A stretch of DNA of 64,000 nucleotides, taken from Reclinomonas americana ATCC 50394 (Eukaryota). The notes under the pieces were generated by a model. The model worked only from the letters and a program-made list of their open reading frames with translations. It ran no database searches and was not told the DNA's origin. Position numbers and translations under genes: made by a program. This document shows, piece after piece, positions 1 through 14,500 of the stretch (position 1 is the first letter of the stretch; each line of letters begins with the position of its first letter). The stretch spans positions 319,812-383,811 of the forward strand of contig PS015054.1 in the NCBI GenBank assembly GCA_048213135.1. The letters are read 5' to 3'.

Positions 1-3000
1 AGCGTAAACTCGCTCTGCGACTTGACGTTGCGTTGCACCTAGTCTCTTGCTGTCTGTCTGTGTCTGTTGCCGACTGATTCAGTTCTGCGCTGCAGCCTAC
101 GACTTGCGAGGTTGTCGGTTCATTTGAGTTCCAGAACGGTGACGATGGAGAGAGCGCTGTGGCCAAGGATGCGCCGCTGTTGCACTTTGGTGTTGTTGAC
201 GAGTTCCCGTCGCTGTTGCTGGCTTCATCGCTCAAGAACAAGCGGCCGTACGCCATGTCGTGGACCGGCGACAAGTTGGTGGTGCAGCCACTCACAGTTG
301 CGTGCTGAGTGAGCGAGTGTGTGCGAGAGCAGCAACTCACTGTGCGCATGCAGACGGACGAATCTCCGGCGTTCGGCTCCGTGTGCCCTGCCATTGTTGG
401 TGGGGTGCCGTGGACCATGGTGCTGCACGAAGATGGCTCGCTTAGTGCCTGGCGACTTACTGATGTGCGACTGCGAACTCTTCGCGTCGGCGTGCGCTCT
501 CCTCACCTGCTGGCGCGCAAGAGCGAGTTCTTCTCGCGCGCGTTTGCCACCATGGCCAGAGAAGATGTGCGTCTACGTAGTCATCGGAGCAGCAGCAGCT
601 TCTGCTCGAAGAGTGTCCTCATTTCTCGAATCGCTTGCAGAGTGCCAGCGAACCGTCGATCGACGCTTTCGAGCGCAGCCAATGCGACAAGGGCAGCATT
701 GTGTACAGCGGCGATTTCTCGTCCGTGTACAGCGCCTCGCAGCTGCGTAGACGTCTGACCAGCAATCCGGAAGATGGACACGTTGAGTCACCGGTGGAGC
801 GACCGACGCTGCACATTGCGTGCCAGAAGGCCGATTTGGTAAGTGTTCACTCTCCTCTTGTTTTGCACTCTCGGTTACTGAAGCACCCCGATGTTTTGAG
901 CGCAGGTAATGGTGGGCGCTCGAGTGTTCCTGGGCCACGGCTCACCCAACAACATTCCGTCGTACATTCAACTCACCAACTCGGGACGCATGATTCCGAC
1001 GATGCAAAACTGTGAGCGCTTCTACGACGTGCCGCTCTCGCTGAATGAGATTCGTGAGGCAATGAGCAACGGCAACAAGGTTTGGCGTGTGCGTGACGAA
1101 GACTTGACGCACGAGTACGCATCCTCAACTGCCCCATCGCAGTTTTCTCTCACGTTTGGTCCGCCACCCACTGGCAACGCCGGCTGGATCAATGCGGTTG
1201 ACGTGTATGTGCGTGCGCGTCCCGAATTCGAGGCGTCCATCGGTGCGAGCTCCGCGGCATCTCTGCAGCACGGTAATCAAACGCACACACGCGCGCGTCT
1301 GTTGTTGTGGTTCGATGCTGACCACGATTCTCAGCGGCGGCCACGGGAACCGTAGATCCGCATCTGCTGTCTCTCATTCGAGACACAGAGCCGCCTCGCG
1401 AGCTTGCCTCGCTCGTCGACTGCGTGAGTGTCGTTGGTTCGGCGCTGTCCGTCGTACCGCGCGCTGCCACTGAGGTGCGTGCATATATATTCAGTGAACG
1501 TGAGCGTGCAGGTTCGCCGCTCACTGTGCTGTGACAGGCTGTCCGCGAGCGTGTGAGACGTCTTGGTGCGCGTGTGCTGGGCGACCCCGAGTTTGACGCC
1601 GTCGCCGCCGTCATGAAGCGTGCACTCTTCTTCCTGCCCTCGGGTGGCGTCTCCGTGAGTCTGCCCGAGCTCAAGGCCGAACTCGGATTGGCCTTTGTTG
1701 ATGATGTGGCACGGGTGCGTAACGAGCCACCCATCCAGCATTCTCTCTCACGCCTGTCTTCTGATGTGTGTGTTTGTGCGCAGTTGTCTCGTGCGCCGCT
1801 CTCCGTCGGTGATCTCGAGGCTGCCGTGCTGGTCCTCCGCAAGGTCAGTGTTGCCGCCGGGTGTGTGTGTGTGTGTGTGTGTATATCGTTGCTTCTCACC
1901 GAGAGTGTGTGGTGTCGCAGGCATGCAGCCGCGGTGTCAACGTGGTGCACTCGTTCGCATCACTGCAGTACGTGCTCGATTCGTACACGACCTTGTGTCA
2001 GTCGGCGGCCACTCGAGCGCAACTGGACCGCCGCTTCGTGCTCACTGGCATTGGTCAGATGGTGTCGGCACTGTGCTTGTACGCCTGTTCCGGCAGCGTG
2101 GTATGCAACTCGCACGCAGATTCTCGCTGTTGCGGCATGTCTAATGTATCTGACTGCGTGGGTATCACACACAGGGCGACGAGGAGCGCGAGAAGCGCCT
2201 GCGGGCGATTGTGACGCCGTTTACGGCGCTCCTCAGCAGTGCGGAGCACTTGGAACGCTCGGTGGTGTCGCGAAGCTTTGCGGAGTTCATGTCGGTGCAG
2301 TGCCGTAAGAGCTCCAAGGGTTGCGTCTCGCCCGCTGCCGTGTTTTTTATGTTTATGCGGTGTGGTGGGTGTCCAACACTTTCTCCGACTCCCGCAGCCG
2401 CCAATGCCGGGTCGTCGCGAGCGCTGCAGTTCAATCTGCGACCACTGGTTGAACTCCTCGTGCACATGTTCTCGGCCACAGTCAGCGAGACGTCGGCCTT
2501 GCGCGCCGTGCAGTACTTCCAGACGCTGCTGCTCACCACGCAGTTTGCACTGGCATTGTCGCCCTCTGATGCGGACGCCATCAGTGCGCTGCTGGTGGAC
2601 AACTTGTGGAACCACCGTGCGGTGGTGGAGGGCCTGCACAGTGCCGCCACTCGTTCTCGCTCCAGCGAGCTGTCTGTCTGCGTTTTGCTCTTCTTCGTGT
2701 ACTTGTTGCGCAAGGATCGGCGCCTTCGCAAGCCGCTCACGCCGCTGGAGGAGGTGGCCAAGCCGAAGAAGTCCACAGTGTCCGCCTCCATGGCTGCCAT
2801 CTGGCGACGCCTGATGGGTGATGGTGCACTGGTCGACCGCCTGCTGGCTGCGGTGCAGTCGGTGGTGCACGCACCTCCCTCGCAGGTTGCTGCCCCTGCC
2901 GCGGCTGCCGGTGGCGCCAGTGGCGCGGGTGGCTCAGGTGCCAGCGGTGCCGCGGATGGCTTGTTGTGCCCGCCGGACGACGACTTGACCGACCACAACT

Positions 3001-6000
3001 TTGCGCCGTTCTTTGTGCCATCGTATGTGCGAGCCAATCAGCCCGACATTTTCCGCCACTTCCACTCGCTGCTTCTCGGCAACGCTCTGCGTCTGCTGAC
3101 CACGGTGTACCGCGCGTATGAGCTGTCTGGCGAGCCGCTGGAAGTGATGCGCAGTGACGGTATGAGCCGCACCCGTGTTCGCTGAGTGACCAGCTCGCTG
3201 ACTGCTTTGCGTCGTTATATTTGGTGGCTACAGCCTGGACGGAGTTGCTGCCGTCTATTATCTCGCGCACCGAGTTCGCGCTGTGTCGCAACCAGGCGAA
3301 GCGCTCGCTGTTGCAGCTTGTCGGCGACAAGGTCGGTCGAGTGTGTTTCTTTTGTTTGTCTGCCCGTACATTGTCTGACGGCGGCGCACGTGCGACACAG
3401 GATCGTTTCTATGAGCTGCGCGACCAGTACGCGTACGCAGCGTCGTTCCGCACGCTGGTATCGTCGGGCTTCTGGGAGATGGAGAAGTCGGAGAGCATTT
3501 CGGACGAGATGCTGGAGGCATTGGCCATTCTGCGAGCCATCGGAAAGACTGCTGTTCGCCGCCCGGCAGAGTGGTCGCGATTCCTCGCCGCCGAAGGCTC
3601 CTCCTTCCAGCAACTGGTCAGAATGCACTTCCGGCTGCACAGTGGATCGCGGTCGACCATTCTGCTTCTGCTGGCCACGGCCACCTGCCGCGTCGCCGAC
3701 GACCCAGTGCGCGAGCATCAAGTGCAAATGGTCTGTCGGTGTTGTCGATGACCAAAAAATCCCTGCGTTGTTGTGTGACCACTCGGTGCGCAGGTCGAGC
3801 AATTGCGCGACGATCGCGACTTGCTGACGCGTTACGTGGACGAGAGTCTGTTGGGAAGCGCCGACTCGCAGGTGCGGCGCAACACACAGTGCAGTCTTTC
3901 GGAAACTCAGCGAGTTGTGTCGACTGATCGCACGTGCCCCACAGATGCGCGCTCTGACGGCAGAGTTCCTGTTTGGTGTGTACCGAGCTGGAGACGATGC
4001 CGTGCGTCGTTTCTTCTGGAAGCTGTTTGTGGAGCGTGTGCGGACAGTGGCCGTGCATGGCTCGTGGTCGGATTCGTTCTACTCGCTGGTGTGCCGCGTG
4101 ATGCACGAGTCGGTGATCCCCGATCCCGAGACCAACATTCCGAGTTGCGCGCACGAGACGAGCGCCGTGCATTGTGTTTGTTTGTCTCATTCCGCGCGCA
4201 CAGAGTTCCTCGAGGTGTTCCGCGACGTTCTGCAGGAGTGCAACTCGTTCCTGGCCAACCACGAGAACTCGCACATTTACAAGGCCCTCCAGACGCTGGT
4301 GTCCTTCGACGGCTACTACCTGGAGGTGCATCCGTGTGCGCTGTGTTCGGCGTCGGCCGATTCGCACCCGGAAGACGTGAAGATGGACGAGGTGCGCACG
4401 GAAGTCAAGTACACGGACAAGTCGGTGTACTACCGGCTGGCCTCGCGACAGCGCATTTCGCGCATCGCTGTGCGTATCCAGGACCCGAACCCGCGCCGCC
4501 TGGTGCGCAAGATTGGCATCTACTACAACAACAAGGTGAGTGGATCGTGTGCATGTTGGGAGGGGAATGGTTCATGCGACACTTGGCTTGCTCACTGCGT
4601 CGTGGTGGCAGCCGGTGAATGACGTGAATGAGCTTCGTGTGGATCCGTCGCGCCTGCATCGTGTTGGTGCATTGGTCCTGGAGCGCTCGCAAACCGTGGC
4701 CGAGTTTGACCTGCCTGTGCCCGTGGTGGCGCTGAATCTGCTGATCGACTACGAGGAGTTTTATCCGAGCACGTCGGTGAGAATGATGCGCGCGCGCACA
4801 CGTGCCGGCATTTTGAGGAGACTGACTGTCTGCACAGCTCGCACCGGAACGCATGACTTGCCCACGCTGCACGCGTCCGGTGACGGATTCCCACGGCAAT
4901 TGCCAGTGCGGCGAAAACGCGTATCAGTGCCGCAGCTGTCGCAGTTGCGGAGATGAAAGCATGGGGCGAGTAGGTTGGTCTCGTCCACTCTAATCTCTCC
5001 CTCTGTTTTTTTTCTCGCTGCAGACATCAACTACGACAACCTCGATGCCTTCCTGTGCAACGAGTGTGGCTTCAGTCGGTACGGTCGTTTCGAGTACGTG
5101 CTGTCGGTGACGCCGAGCTTTGAAGTCGGTCACATTGACTCGGAAGACGGTGCGTTGCCGTATGAGAAGATAACCGAAGAACAAAAGAAGAAACTCATGT
5201 GCGTGTGCAGAGGCGGCCAAGATCAAGAAGCTGGTCGACGAGCAGACGGAGGCCAGCCATCGATACTACGAGCAGCTGAAGCAGAGTCGCACGTCGATCC
5301 TCCAGCTGCTGCGGCAGATGCGCGACACGCCTTCAGTGGCCGGTGGCGCCGGTGTCGGCAGCGGCAGTTCGCGGGTGTGTGTTGTTTGACTCGCATTTTG
5401 GCGGCAGTGTGGGGGATGCTTGCCATCTCACAGTGTTTTGTTGTTTGGAAAGCAGGCGGCGCGTGTGAATCCGCACATCCTTCCGTTGGCGCAGCTGTTC
5501 TCCACCGAGTGCCGCACCACCTTCCAGTCGTTCACGCAGAGTTCAATGCTGCTGGCGAACGCACGTCGCTCCCTCTCTCTCTTCGAGACGCAAGCCGACG
5601 ACGGTAATTCTGTGTCTCGTTGCACTCCAGCCGGCGGCAGGGTGTGGTGATGGTACTGACTAGGTGCTTGTTCACCAATGCAGAGACGTACATTCCTGTG
5701 AGCTCCTACTGCTACAGCTGCAATGTGCAGCTGGTGTCGTACTGCCTCACCTTCTTGAAGATTGTGTGCTCCTCGGAGGTGTGATTTTGTGGTTGTCGAC
5801 TTTTGCATCGTCGAATGACAGGTGACTGACTGCACACAACCGCCATACGCAGCTCAAATCAAGCGTGTCGGAGTACTTGGTGTCTGGTGGCTTCGTGCCC
5901 GAGTTGCTGGCCAACATGCAGCAGGGCAACTCGGAGACTCGCGAATCCGCCAAGAATGTGCTGTGCCGCATCTCCGAGTGCAGTGTGGAGGCCACGCAGA

Positions 6001-8512
6001 TCGTGTCTGCGCTGCTCAAGGCACGTGCTGTCCTTAATTGAATTGCCATCTGTCGCTCACTAACTGCGGTGCTCTGCTTCGACAGGAGAAACTGCGCTTT
6101 GTGCTCAGCCAGTATCGCTCGCTCGACGTGAGTGCGGCAGTCGGCGAAGACATGCAGCTGCTGACCGAATTGATCTCGCTCACCGACGACCGCTGGGAGT
6201 CACGCATGAAACTCGGTGCGCCACTTGTCTTGTCACTCTGACGATGGATCGCCGTGTTCTTCTGACGTGCATGGCGGCAGTGTTGGAGTTGCTGTTTGAC
6301 GCCATCAATCTCGGCATCGCCAGTCCTGTGGTGGCAGAGGAGGTCATTCTGCCGCTACTGACCGCCGTCAAGACCTACGTGCAGTGGAGCGCCGACCAGG
6401 AGGGTGCCAAACAGGAGGGCAGTCGAGGTGCGCATCGTCCCATCTCTCTCTCTCTCTCTCACAGACTTCGCTGTGTGCTCATTATTTGTTTTTTCTTGCC
6501 GCAGTGCCCTTCGAGGCGTGGGCCGAGAGTCGCTACACCTTTGAGATGTTCACGCGCGGCGAGGTGTCGCCCAAGTCGGAGCCGGCGTCGCCGTCGAGTG
6601 GACAGCCGCACGTGATGGCGTCGCCCGATTGGCTGAAGAAGCTGCTGCTGTGTCGCAGCTCACGCGCAGTGCGTCAGGAGGCCGTAACTCTGGTCACGCT
6701 GTTGTGCACTGGCAACGATTCGCAGTGCGTCACATGTTTTCTGTTGAAGCGCGATGGTGATGGCTGTGGACTGATGATTCAGTGTGCACAGCCGCCGGCC
6801 GTTCTTGCGCTACCTGACCACGCTTCTCGAGGACGCGATTCAGCTCGGCGACAGGTCGGAGGAGTTTTGTGGTCTCTACGGTGCGTTTGTGGAGAAGGCA
6901 GAGGACAAGAAACTGCTGGCATCACGAGTTGCGTTTGTCGATCAGCCACGTTCCCGAAAAGAGAAAATGCCCGCCCTCTCACGAATTCCCGCAGGGCTTC
7001 CTGACGCTCCTGATGCGTCTCATTCGCCGCGAATCCTCACGCCTGCAAAAGATGGAGGGCAGTCCGTCTGGCGACGCTTCGCAAGGCTTCTCCATCAAGT
7101 TCCTCACGGACCTGCTGGACGCTTTCTTGAAGATCCCCGAAATCTTTGCCGTGTTCAAGGAGGGCCGGGGCGTCGACGGACTGCTTCTCTCGTTCCTCTC
7201 GCTTCGGTGAGTGAGATGTGTGTGCCTCTCGAACGAGACTTGTCTCATGCTGCTGACATGCTGCGATAGTGGTCTGATGATGCAAAAGACCAAGCTGACG
7301 GAGGACTCGGCCAGCACGCTCAACACGATCCTCACCCGCTTCCTCTCCGAGTCCGATGAGCAGAAGCGCAAGTACGTTTCGGCTTGCGTTCGCGCGCTGG
7401 CAGTGTTGCGTGCTGTGTTGTTTTGCTGCATGTGTTTTCTCTCTGGCATCTCATGCGGCAGCAGGTCGACGGGCGACCGCACCACGACTGTCGTGTTCAA
7501 CGAACTGGCGCGGCTCACGGTCCCAGAGAAGAAGGAGAAGGACTACGAGCTGGAGCTGCGCAAGGCGCGCTCCCAGGAGGAATTCATCCGCGGAACGATG
7601 ACCCGAAACCCTTACAAGAGCTCACAGATTGTTGCGTCTCTGCCAGCAAATGTCTCTTGTTATGTGCGTGTGTTGTTATCACTTCCATGTGACTCACGTT
7701 TCTCTCTCTCTCTCTTGCGCGTAGGGACCGCTGATGCGCGACGTAAAGAACCGCATTGCGCGCGACTTGGAGCTGTATGTGGACGAGGACTTTGGCATTG
7801 AGTTGCTCGTGGCCAATCACATCATCAGTCTCAATCTGCCAGTCAACCTCGTGTACGAGAAAGTGTGGAAGAAGCGGCCGGAGAGTCGCAACGAGGCCGG
7901 CGGCGAGGCACCCATGGTCGTGATTTATCGTCTGCAGGGCCTCGACGGCGAAGCCACTGGTTGCGTGACTTGCTGTCTATCCTATCCGTGTGTGTATGTG
8001 TACATTTTGTGGCCTCTGACTGTGGTGTGCGACTCGGCAGAGGAGATTGTGGACACTTTGGAGGAGGAGAAGGAGGAGGAGGTGGATCCGGAGGAGAAAT
8101 TCCGCCTGACCAACGTGATGGCCGAGGTGCGTGGTGTGCATCCTGTGTGCTGTTGCGACAACAAACCGCCCAATCTGTGTGTTGCCTCTTGTCAGTGCGG
8201 TGGCATCGAGATTATTGCCGGCAAGTTGGCACGCATCGACTGCTTCTACAAGCATCGAGATATGGCGCTGGCGCTGCTTCATTTCCTCTCGTACTGCTCC
8301 AAGCTCAAGGTCAATCGGCAGCGCTTGTTGGAGATTGGCGCGATTGACACGTTGTTGGGTCGCGTGCGTCTGGCCCTGGAGGAGGCCGACGCGGTCATGG
8401 CGCAGCAGCTGTTGGAGGTCACAGAGGAGGTGGTCCGTGAGGCCAACGAGATCGCCGTGCGTGTGTCAGACGAATCGTCACCGTCGGTGGCCGCCACGTC
8501 GGATTCGACTGC

Positions 8513-8543
<31 letters not shown>

Positions 8544-11425
8544 TCGGTGGCGACTGCGGCGGCAGAGTCAAGCACGACACCCTCTGCCGTCGTGTCCTCT
8601 GCGTTTGGCTGGGAGGTTTGCACTGGACTCGACGATTTCGTTGTTGTGCTTCGTCGCTAACCCCCCTTTTCTTTTCTCGGTTGCAGGCCGGCAAGGACAA
8701 GTCGCTGGATCACTTGCGCTTCTTCCTCGATCATTTGAGCAACGATCTGGTGCGCTCCAGCCCGCCGATCTTCAACGCTGTTGCCAGGCTGTTGGCGTTC
8801 TTGACACAAGGCGACACACGGGCAATGGAAGTGCTGGTGGCCTTTTTCCAGCCGACGCTGGACTTTGCGGAACTCGACGCTGTCGCACAGCTCATCCCCG
8901 ACCGCATGTACATGGCCGAGCTGTTTGTCAAGGTGGTGCAGAGCATCACCGGCGATCGCAACGGCAACGCCTTCAAGGAGTGGCTGGCCGGCAGCAGGGT
9001 GGCCTCGGACGTGTTGCAGTACATCAACACCATGCTCGCGCCAGACAAGCGACAGGACTTGGCATTGTGCGTTTCTGTGATCTCTTGCTGGATACGTGAG
9101 AACATTGTCTTTCACTCATTCCACTCTCCCGCGACGCAGCTGGTCCAACTCACTGGCGGGTGCAAGCTTGCCGCTTGTGTTTGACTTGCTCGAGGGTGAG
9201 TGTGGAGCGAGAGGTGGTGAGCACGGAAGGATGACAGTTTTTGCGCTGATTTCTTGTGTGCATGCAGCGCTTGGACGGTCGTGCCCGCGCTTCCAGGAGC
9301 GCATGATTGAGGCCGGCGTGGTGGCATGCCTGCACGCAGTCGAAAGCTATCTGTCCACTGAAAAGGAAGAGAAGAGGGCGACGTCGCAGGCGGAGAAGGT
9401 CCTCGACTTTTTCGCCGAACATGGTGAGTTGCTTCGTGGAGCTGCGTGTGCGGGCTGCACTGCTGCTGTTGCGAATTGCTGACCTGTGGATGACTGGCAG
9501 GCGAACCGCACTTGCAGGAGGCCATTAAGAACCAGCGCGATGCGACGAGGTTGGAGAAGAAGAAGAAGGCAGATGCGAAGCGCAAGGTCTTGTTTTTTTG
9601 ATTTTCTTCTGAACCAGGAGATTCTTGTATGCGCGGTGATGCTGACGAATACCTCTGTGTGATGCGTGCAGGTCATGCTCGAAAAAATGGGCATCCAGCA
9701 GCAGGCCGGCTCCGCACGTCTGGTGTCGACGGCTGTGGTAGCGGGCGTCGACGACATTGCACCGGAGACGGGACTCGCTTGTGTCGTGTGCGACGAAGGC
9801 TACGTCAACAAGCCGGGCGAGTTGATGGGCATCTACTGCTTCTCCAAGCAGGCCGATCTTCGCCGCTCCGTTGGTGCAGCTCCCGAGGTCTGTTCGCAGC
9901 GACCGCAGCAGCTGCAGCACACTGTGAGTGTGACGCGTGCTGACTGACGACGCGATGCGCCACGCAGGGCGGATACTCGACGGTGTCGCACTTCAATGTG
10001 ATTCACTACAACTGCCACCGACGTGCTGTGGAGGCCGACCGCAACACGCGGCCACCCAAGCAGGAGTGGGAGGGTGCCACCGTGCGCAATCAGCATACGC
10101 GGTGCAACAGCATGCTGCCAGTGTTCCACACCAGCAACGATCGTGCCGAGTACACGCAGGCGATTGAGGCGTACTGGCAGACGCAGTTCAACCATGTTGG
10201 GCGATTCGATTCGAACCGCGTGCGGCTGCTGGTGCACGACATCAAGGTAGTGTCTGCGAGAGATGTAGTGTTTTTTGTGATGTTGACCTTGGGTGCTGAT
10301 TGCGTGTGCGGTGGCACAGAATCTGGTGATGCGATTTGCACGTCAGCAGTCGTTCTCGGAGGACGCGCATGGTGGCGGCACCGAGAGCAACATGAACTTC
10401 ATCCCATTCCTGTTGCAGATCGCCATGTTCACGCTCGACGAGCCGAGTGTCGGCGGAGGTGAACCGTTGCGCCGCCAGTTGGAGCAGGTGTGTGTGCCGT
10501 GCTGGGTTGCGTGTGCTCTACTATGTTCCTCACAGTTGTGAGCTTTTCGGGTGCGCGCAGAGCCTGTCGGAATTCGTCAACCAGACTGACGAGGAATCGT
10601 GGGTGGCCAGCTTCAATGAGGTGGACGACGTTTTCTACATGGCCGTCCTCTCGTTGCTGTTCATGACGGCGGAGGAGTGGGCCGTTTGCAAGTTACGTCG
10701 CCCGTCACCACGCAGTCACTTACATGCTGTCGCGATTCACACTCTGTGTGTGTGTGTGTGTGCAAAGGACGAACTTTGCGCTGCAGGCCATGCTTGCCAC
10801 AATGGCGGAGGTGTCGGAGTCGGAAGAAGTTGAGTGCACGCACACTGTGCTCCCATTGTATTGTGTTTGTCGAGTGACTGAATATGGGGTGGAATGCACA
10901 GGTGTCTGAGTTCTCTCGCGGACGCATCGGCCTGATCTTCATGTCGATTGTGCACAAGATCCACCGCTTCTTCCACAAGCGTGAGGCGCCGGCGGCGATG
11001 CCCGAGGGTGAGATGCGGATTGCGCACGACTCCAGTGATCCGCTCGTGCAGCAGCGCAAGCAGGTGTTGGCCAGTGAGCATGAAGAGGTCGGCAAGTACT
11101 TTGGAGGCGAGTTGTTGAACGCGTACCACGAGGAGCTGACGCAGTTTGAGGAGTTTGACGAGTTCTTCGACTTTATGAGTTGCGGGCGTGTGCACACTGT
11201 GCACGTCGAGTTTGACGGCAGCTTACACGCGCAATATCCCACGCAGGAATTGTCGACACGGTGGCCGGCAAGGGCGCCACTGCCGAACTGGTGGAACGGT
11301 ACAACCAGCTGGCACTCTCCAATCCCGTGATTGTGCAAGCCGATGTGCCTGTGCACGACGCAGGCCGCTCGTACGCGGGCGAGTACGCGGAAGAAGAGGA
11401 CTATGAAGGGGAATTCGAAGAGTAG
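1..11425 (+). CDS. UBR4: E3 ubiquitin ligase UBR4/p600/BIG, 3' portion; ~40 introns, 5' end outside the window
   Basis: Spliced exons give UBR4/BIG hallmarks: [136 protein letters not shown]. Stop TAG at 11423-11425. Confidence 0.95.
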
Positions 11426-11540
11426 CGATTGTGGCAGTCAGAGCAGTGCTCTTGTATGCGTAAACGAAAAACTCTCTTCTCTGCGACGAAAAATGTGTAC
11501 AAGCAAGCAGTCCTCCTCTCTCTCTCAGTGCGACAGCCGC

Positions 11541-14500
11541 CTATCGCTTCTCCTTGAACATGAAGCGGAGCGCAAGATACGTGAGCACCTTGGTCGCCAC
11601 GATGGAGAGCAGCAGCCAGATGCAGCTCCACCCGCGCGAGTTGATGCCGATACCGAGATCCTGCAACACTGCGTCGCCCGGAATAGGGCACGGGACGAGG
11701 GCGCCTTCAACGCACGGGAACTCCCGATCGTGGAACTCTGTGTGGAAAACGCAAGGCAATTGAGTGGGGAAAACATTTGCTGCAGTGCGTGAAGCGAGAC
11801 ACAGTACCGCCCACAGCAATGCCTTCGAAGCCGTAGCGGAAGAACGAAATGGCTTCGGCCCTGTACGTGTCGAGCTGGGTGAGTATTGAGAGGGGAAAAA
11901 GTTACGAAGAGAATACGCACCACACGTAAAAGTGCGGAGTGCCCTTGACAAAGAATTTGGAGAATAGGATCTGTGTGTGGCACGTATGCGTGAATACACA
12001 AGTTCGTCGATGCGCGCACGGACAGACGCAAACCATGAACGAGAAAATCAAGCTCATAATGGCGTTTCCACTCGTCTGCACGATGCAGCGAGTTGAGCAC
12101 ACACAGAGTGAGAATCAGTGGTGGCGAGTGAACGACGCAACAAAGTTTGGCAGGGCGGCCGAAATCATCTGGTTGTACGACGCTCCAGTGCTGAGAACGA
12201 GCCACGACAGCAGAACGAACCACATGAAGAACTCGAACGAGGAGTTGAATCCAACCTGCGAAACTCATCCGTTCAGCCGTGTGTGCGGGCGGGGTGAGTG
12301 CCGAAACCCACGCTCACCATCCAATACACCATGGCCGCGTACATCAGAGTCAGAACAATCGAGCTCGGAATGTCCAACAGTGTCGAGGCCACCCAGTATG
12401 CACTCGTGCGGTAGTAATTCGAGGCATTCTCGCGCTGGAACAGTGCACGCTCCTCCATCACTGCGACCATGGCGCAAACGCAACACTCTCAGCTCCATTG
12501 CTTTCCCCACCACACAGATGTGTTTGGCATCGAGACGCAACAACGCGGCATGGCAGGGAACGAAGATAGGCCGAGATAGGTGACGCAGAAGAAGAGGGCG
12601 CTGTATCGATCTGGGCGCACATACCACACGAGAATGAGAGACGGAGAATGACAAACAGACAGCAGGCTGGCAAGTGTACCGCGGATGGTGTTGACATTGT
12701 ATGCGATTTGCCAGTAGACTGTGCGTGTCGTCGTGCGAGTGAGTAAGCAACAAGCGTGCGAAGCAGGTGCCGGTGCGCGACAGCAACAGTACCGGTGCCA
12801 GTGAGAAGAGCCATGACGAGATTCACAAACAGGCGAACCCACACAACACTCGGCTCGCGCATCATGTACAAGAAGCCACGCTTGGTGATGTGGTAGGTTT
12901 GCACGAAAAAGTTGGTGGCGTACAGACTCTCGCGCTGCAAGCGGAAATAAACGTGTCAGAGAAGCGACACTGCCATGTGAGCGCATCACGCAATGCAGGC
13001 TACCTGTTTCGATCGTCGGCTGCTGGGCTCATCAGAGTTGACAGTTCGCATGGGCGACGCATCGGGTTGCTGCAACAGACGACCCAACTGCACACAGATA
13101 ATCCTCGTGTGAGTCACGCTCCCTGCTGCACCTTCCACGTTGTTTTCGCCGCACACACAAACCTCGGCTTTTGTGTCCCGCGCAATCGAGCTGTTGCGAT
13201 AGGCCTCGACCAGCGTTCTCTTGATGGAGCCAACGGATTCTCGGCGCTTCAACGCCTGCGGGCTCTCAGGATCCTTTGCCGCCAGCAGCGTCGGTCCCTT
13301 GTCGGTGAGGATGTCCACTGCAGGATACAATGAGGTCGTACTGAATGCTGTCAACGTGGGTAGCGAGGGAGGACATACGGAAAAAGTCGGACGGGTTGCA
13401 GAAGCGGTCGCACGCGTAGCCAAGTGACTCGAAGTACGGCAGGGCGCCCGCCGCCTCGCCAAAGTACGCCGTCTCACCACCTTCGGCGAGCAGAATAAGG
13501 CTGTACAACACGGGAGTGGGGAGGACGTCAGAGGCGAGGGCCGAGAGGAGAGAGTGTAGTCGCACTCCAGACGCACCGATCAAACAAGTGGAAAATGTCG
13601 CTGCGTGGCTGATGAATGCTCATCACCACAGTGAGATTGTTGGCTCTCGCAAGTTCCACAATGGCTTCCACAACAGATAGGGCGTTGCTGCCTGTGATTG
13701 ATGCACGCCTGTGCAGTGAGCAGCACTCGAGAGAGGTCAGGAGGGGACAGCAAAGCGAACCATCGAGGCCAGTGGTGATTTCGTCCTGTGACACACCGCG
13801 TCAGTGGCATGGGGCGACAACGACGCGATGACTGTACTGTCGTTGAACACTCACCAGGAAGAGAATGCTCGGGTTCGTCACCAACTCAACACCGATGCAC
13901 ACACGACGCCGCTCGCCTGTGTATGATGATGAGTCAGAAGTGGGAAGTCTTCTTGCCAAGGAGTGCGCACGTTACCTCCAGAGATGCCGCGCTGCATCTG
14001 GTCGCCAATCTTGCTGTCGGCAACGCGGCGCAGCTTGAGAATGTCAATCACTTGCTCCACCTGCCAGCGACGCAGTGAATAACCCGCGGCGCACGCATCG
14101 AGCAGGTGAGACAGCACTGACCCGCTGCTTCTTCTCCTCGTGCGAGACGCTTGGCGGCAGTCGCAGCGACGCCGAAAACATCAGAGTCTCACGGACAGTG
14201 AGGCACCTGCACCACACTCGTTAGAAGCAAGAGGAGGCAGAAGGTGGAGGAGGTGGAAGAGACAGACCGCAACAACACATCGTCTTGCATCACATACGCT
14301 GCAGAGTCGACATCAGCACACATCACTCCTTTGCTACTGAGCACACACCAGGCAGCACAGAGGGGTGCGCACCAGAGATGCGCTTAAAGTACTTGTCGGG
14401 AACGCGTCCATTGATCTTGATGGTGCCCGACATGTTGGCCGGGTCCTTCCTGCAATCACACACACAAAGCGCCACTCACTCCTCTGCAGTTGTCTCTTGA

